Shown here piece by piece: positions 60,864-64,000 of a stretch of DNA of 64,000 bases; within the stretch, counting starts at the first letter, position 1; every line of letters begins with the position of its first letter. Location: the NCBI GenBank assembly GCA_903919145.1, contig CAIXGW010000139.1, forward strand, positions 33,927 to 97,926, written 5' to 3'. The notes below the pieces were generated by a model. That model saw nothing but the letters and a program-made list of their open reading frames with translations, did no database searches and had not been told where the DNA came from. The stretch is from an uncultured Myxococcales bacterium (GTDB lineage: Bacteria; Myxococcota_A; UBA9042). The position numbers and the translations under genes were made by a program.

Positions 60864-63410
60864 ATGTCCGCTGGCAACCAACCGTTGAATTCTGTGAAAC
60901 AAGGTCCCGCTCCTGCTGCCCAACCCCCAGACGCCGCGGCCGCTGCCGACCTGCGGGCCCCGATTCGGCTGGGAATGGACCCGCCGTCGATCCGCCACGA
61001 CTTCCTGCACAACTTGTTCACCCGCCAAGCAAAATTTGCCGAGGTCGCCACCAGGAATGACCACTACTTGGCGCTGGCGTGGACGGTCCGCGATCGCCTG
61101 CTGCAGCGGTGGATCAGCTCGGCCCGCACCTACCGCGACAAAGAGAGCCGGACGGTGGTCTATCTGTCGGCCGAGTACCTGATCGGCCCCCAGCTCGAGC
61201 ACAACCTGCTGAATCTGGGGATCCGCCAGCAAGCGGCCGAAGCGCTGCAGTCGCTGGGCATCGACCTGGAGCAGCTGATTGACCATGAAGAGGAACCTGG
61301 GCTGGGCAATGGCGGCCTGGGTCGCTTGGCCGCCTGCTACATGGACTCGCTGGCGACGCTGGGCATGCCGGCCATTGGCTACGGCATCCGCTATGAGTAC
61401 GGGATCTTTGACCAGCGCATTGTCGACGGGTGGCAGGTCGAGCGCACCGATCGCTGGCTGCACCTGGGCAATCCCTGGGAAATTCCGCGCTACCAGATCG
61501 ACCACCTGGTGGGCTTTGGTGGCCACGTCGACAACGGCCACGACGCGCAGGGCCACTTCCGCCCACAGTGGGTGCCCGAGCGGCGGATCCGCGGGGTGGC
61601 CTATGACACGCCGGTGCTGGGATATGGTCGCGAAAACGCCAATTTCCTGCGGCTGTGGACCGCCCAGGCCGAAGAGGACTTTGACATTGCCGCCTTCAAC
61701 ACCGGCGATTACATCGGCGCCGTGCACCAGAAGGTGGCCAGTGAAAATGTCACCAAAGTCCTTTACCCCAATGACAATTCCCTAGCTGGCAAGCAGCTGC
61801 GGCTAGAGCAGCAGTACCTGTTCATCAGCTGCTCTCTGCAGGACATGATCCGGATCTATCGGCAAAAGAGCCCAGATCTCAGAGGTATATCCAGAAAGTA
61901 CGCCGTCCAGCTCAATGACACGCACCCGGCGTTGGCCATCGCCGAGCTGATGCGCCTGCTGGTCGATGTCCACGCCATGGGCTGGGACGACGCCTGGAAG
62001 GTCACGGTCGCCACCTGTGCCTACACCAACCACACGCTGCTGCCCGAAGCGCTGGAGACCTGGCCGCTGGACCTGCTGCGCCGGCTGCTGCCGCGGCATG
62101 TGCAGATCATCTTTGAGATCAACCAGCGCTTTCTTGCCGAAGTGCGCGCCCGCTTTCCCGGCGATCATCACCTGGTGCGGCGGGTGTCGCTCATCGACGA
62201 GGAGGGCCAGCCGCGGGTCCGCATGGCCCACTTGGCGGTGGTGGGCTGCCACAAAGTCAATGGCGTGGCGGCGCTGCATTCAGAGCTGCTCAAGCAGACG
62301 GTGCTCGCTGACTTTGCCAAGCTGTTTCCCGAGCGTTTTACCAACGTGACCAATGGCGTTACCCCGCGGCGCTTTGTGCAATTGGCCAACCCAAAGCTGT
62401 CTGCGCTGATCAACGAGGCGATTGGACCGGGGTGGGAGATCGATCTGGAGAGGCTGCGCCAGCTGGAGCCGCTGGCTGAAGACGCGGCGTTTCGCGATCG
62501 CTGGCGCGCCGTCAAGCAGGCCAACAAGCACCGCCTGACCGACTTCTTGCAGAGCCACGTGGGGCTGGGGTTTGATCCCCACACGCTGCTGGACTGCCAG
62601 ACCAAGCGCATTCACGAGTACAAGCGTCAGCATCTCAACTTATTGCGGGTGATCGTTGCCTACGACCGCCTGCGCCGCGGGCTGGACGAAGACGCGCCGC
62701 CGCGCACGGTCATGCTGGGTGGCAAGGCGGCGCCGGGCTACCTGATGGCCAAGCTGATCATCCGCCTGGCCCACGGCGTGGCCGAGGTGCTGGACCGCAA
62801 TCCGCTGGTCAGAGAGCGGCTGCGGGTGGTGTTTGTGCCCGACTTCAACGTCAAGGTCGGCCAAGTGCTCTATCCGGCCGCCGATCTGAGCGAGCAGATC
62901 TCTACCGCCGGCAAAGAGGCCAGTGGGACGGGCAACATGAAGTTCGCCCTCAATGGCGCCCTGACCATTGGCACGCTGGACGGCGCCAACGTCGAGATCC
63001 GCGACCTGGTGGGGCCAGAGAACTTCTTTCTGTTTGGCCAGAACGCCGCTCAGGTGGTAGAGACCCGCCGCGGAGGCTACCGGCCTCAGGACTACGCCGA
63101 GCGCAACCCCGAGCTGCGGCTGGCCCTGCAGCTCATCTCCAGCGGCCATTTCTCCAGGGGCGACGCGGATATGTACGAGCCGCTGGTCAAAGAGCTGCTT
63201 GGCCGCGATGAGTTCTTGGTCCTGGCCGACTTTGACGCCTACTGGGCAGCCCAGGGCCAGGTCGACGCGCTGTGGGCGGATTCTGCTGCGTGGACGCGGG
63301 CTTCGATCCTCAACTGCGCTCGCACCGGCTGGTTCAGCTCCGACCGGTCGATGCGCGACTATGCCGAGCGGATCTGGAAGATCGAGGCAGAGACTGTGGA
63401 GATCGGTTAA
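60864..63410 (+). CDS. glgP: Glycogen/maltodextrin phosphorylase (GT35)
   Basis: ATG 60864 preceded by CGCGGAGGGCGCA. PLP-binding signature EASGTGNMKFALNGALTIGTLDGANVEI; ...GKAAPGYLMAKLIIRL...; 848 aa. Confidence 0.9.
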   Translation: MSAGNQPLNSVKQGPAPAAQPPDAAAAADLRAPIRLGMDPPSIRHDFLHNLFTRQAKFAEVATRNDHYLALAWTVRDRLLQRWISSARTYRDKESRTVVYLSAEYLIGPQLEHNLLNLGIRQQAAEALQSLGIDLEQLIDHEEEPGLGNGGLGRLAACYMDSLATLGMPAIGYGIRYEYGIFDQRIVDGWQVERTDRWLHLGNPWEIPRYQIDHLVGFGGHVDNGHDAQGHFRPQWVPERRIRGVAYDTPVLGYGRENANFLRLWTAQAEEDFDIAAFNTGDYIGAVHQKVASENVTKVLYPNDNSLAGKQLRLEQQYLFISCSLQDMIRIYRQKSPDLRGISRKYAVQLNDTHPALAIAELMRLLVDVHAMGWDDAWKVTVATCAYTNHTLLPEALETWPLDLLRRLLPRHVQIIFEINQRFLAEVRARFPGDHHLVRRVSLIDEEGQPRVRMAHLAVVGCHKVNGVAALHSELLKQTVLADFAKLFPERFTNVTNGVTPRRFVQLANPKLSALINEAIGPGWEIDLERLRQLEPLAEDAAFRDRWRAVKQANKHRLTDFLQSHVGLGFDPHTLLDCQTKRIHEYKRQHLNLLRVIVAYDRLRRGLDEDAPPRTVMLGGKAAPGYLMAKLIIRLAHGVAEVLDRNPLVRERLRVVFVPDFNVKVGQVLYPAADLSEQISTAGKEASGTGNMKFALNGALTIGTLDGANVEIRDLVGPENFFLFGQNAAQVVETRRGGYRPQDYAERNPELRLALQLISSGHFSRGDADMYEPLVKELLGRDEFLVLADFDAYWAAQGQVDALWADSAAWTRASILNCARTGWFSSDRSMRDYAERIWKIEAETVEIG

Positions 63411-63464
63411 TCATTTGGCCGCCGGCTTGGCTTTGCTGAGACCGTGCGCTAGTTTGCCGCCACG

Positions 63465-64000
63465 ATGACGCAAGACCCGCCGCCCCCCTTGACCGCCGCC
63501 CTCCGCCCTTCTCTGACCGAAGATGGCCGGCGCATTCGTGCGCGGCTGCGCAAGCAGGCCACCCACCGGGCTCTGGTTGACGCCGCTGCGCGGGCCTTTG
63601 GCGAGGCTGGCTATCTGGCCACGCCGCTAGAGCAGATCTGCGCCTATGCGCGCGTCACCAAGGGCACCTTCTACGAGCACTTTCCTAGCAAGGCTGACGT
63701 TTTTGGCGCCGTGCTAGACGACTTGGTCGCGCGCTTGACCCAGGCCGTGCAAGGGGTAGAGCTGGGGCCCGCTGCAGCGCCACCGCAGCAGCAGCTGGCG
63801 GGCAACCTGCTCAGAGTCCTGGCGGTTCTGCTGGCCGATCGCCAGGCGGCGCGGCTGCTGTTGCTCGAGGCCGGCCAGGAGCCGCAGGTGCGCGGCAAAG
63901 TCCAGGCGCTGCAAGACTTTGCCCGCGGGATGATGAGGCAGGCGCTCATCGACGGCAGCCCCGCTGGCCTGGTGCGGCCGCTGCACGCCGAGCTGGCCTC
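63465..64000 (+). CDS. TetR/AcrR-family transcriptional regulator (3'-truncated by window end)
   Basis: ATG 63465. HTH region RALVDAAARAFGEAGYLATPLEQICAYARVTKGTFYEHFPSKADVF. No stop before 64000. No obvious SD, so the start is uncertain. Confidence 0.65.
   Translation, partial: MTQDPPPPLTAALRPSLTEDGRRIRARLRKQATHRALVDAAARAFGEAGYLATPLEQICAYARVTKGTFYEHFPSKADVFGAVLDDLVARLTQAVQGVELGPAAAPPQQQLAGNLLRVLAVLLADRQAARLLLLEAGQEPQVRGKVQALQDFARGMMRQALIDGSPAGLVRPLHAELA

Noticed and set aside
1-64000. tRNA, rRNA, IS elements, integrases, prophage genes
   Set aside because: No cloverleaf-compatible T-loop/anticodon arrangements, rRNA-like conserved stretches, transposase DDE motifs or terminal inverted repeats flanking genes were seen by eye.

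Overview
This is a 64 kb chromosomal segment at roughly 70% GC. Its gene content points to a myxobacterium (Myxococcota); this is an inference from the Cys-rich 'Myxococcus-type' repeats, thrombospondin-type-3 (TSP3) and MopE-like metal-binding motifs, many Pro/Ala-rich extensions, lipoprotein signals and ATGA start/stop overlaps. I can support about 35 protein genes. (1) A minus-strand housekeeping operon: Tat-secreted S8 protease -> rdgB(Ham1)::rsmB fusion -> era -> der -> recN. (2) A secreted/envelope block: Cys-rich lipoprotein, 4-heme cytochrome c, OMP-like protein, OmpA-TSP3 protein, Ser-rich secreted protein. (3) An orphan ParB-like gene convergent with a small protein + NYN-LOTUS pair, then priA. 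(4) A lipoprotein alpha-2-macroglobulin (CTEQ thioester) directly followed by pbpC, the classic periplasmic-defence pair. (5) ilvE, three hypotheticals, two giant repeat lipoproteins flanking a Tat-lipoprotein pirin and a flavin reductase. (6) A zwf-pgl-gnd operon, Lrp/AsnC coupled to an aminotransferase, a radical SAM/SPASM enzyme, hsp20, glgP and a partial tetR. I saw no rRNA, tRNA, CRISPR array, IS element or integrase. The most interesting non-genic signals are: (a) a ~150 nt element present twice in inverted orientation (13522-13665 and ~58420-58585, about 80% identity) carrying a perfect GTTCCGGAAC palindrome, which may be a structured RNA or a MITE/ERIC-like repeat; (b) two intergenic tandem direct-repeat arrays (6 x 16 bp at 33351-33446; 3.5 x 18 bp at 60064-60127 beside a 9-bp-stem hairpin, immediately 3' of the radical SAM/SPASM gene); (c) a perfect 10 bp palindrome GGCAATTGCC within 70 bp upstream of both zwf and glgP, a candidate shared operator; (d) a bona fide-looking RdgB-RsmB fusion ORF. 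All family assignments rest on motif recognition by eye; no database search was possible.
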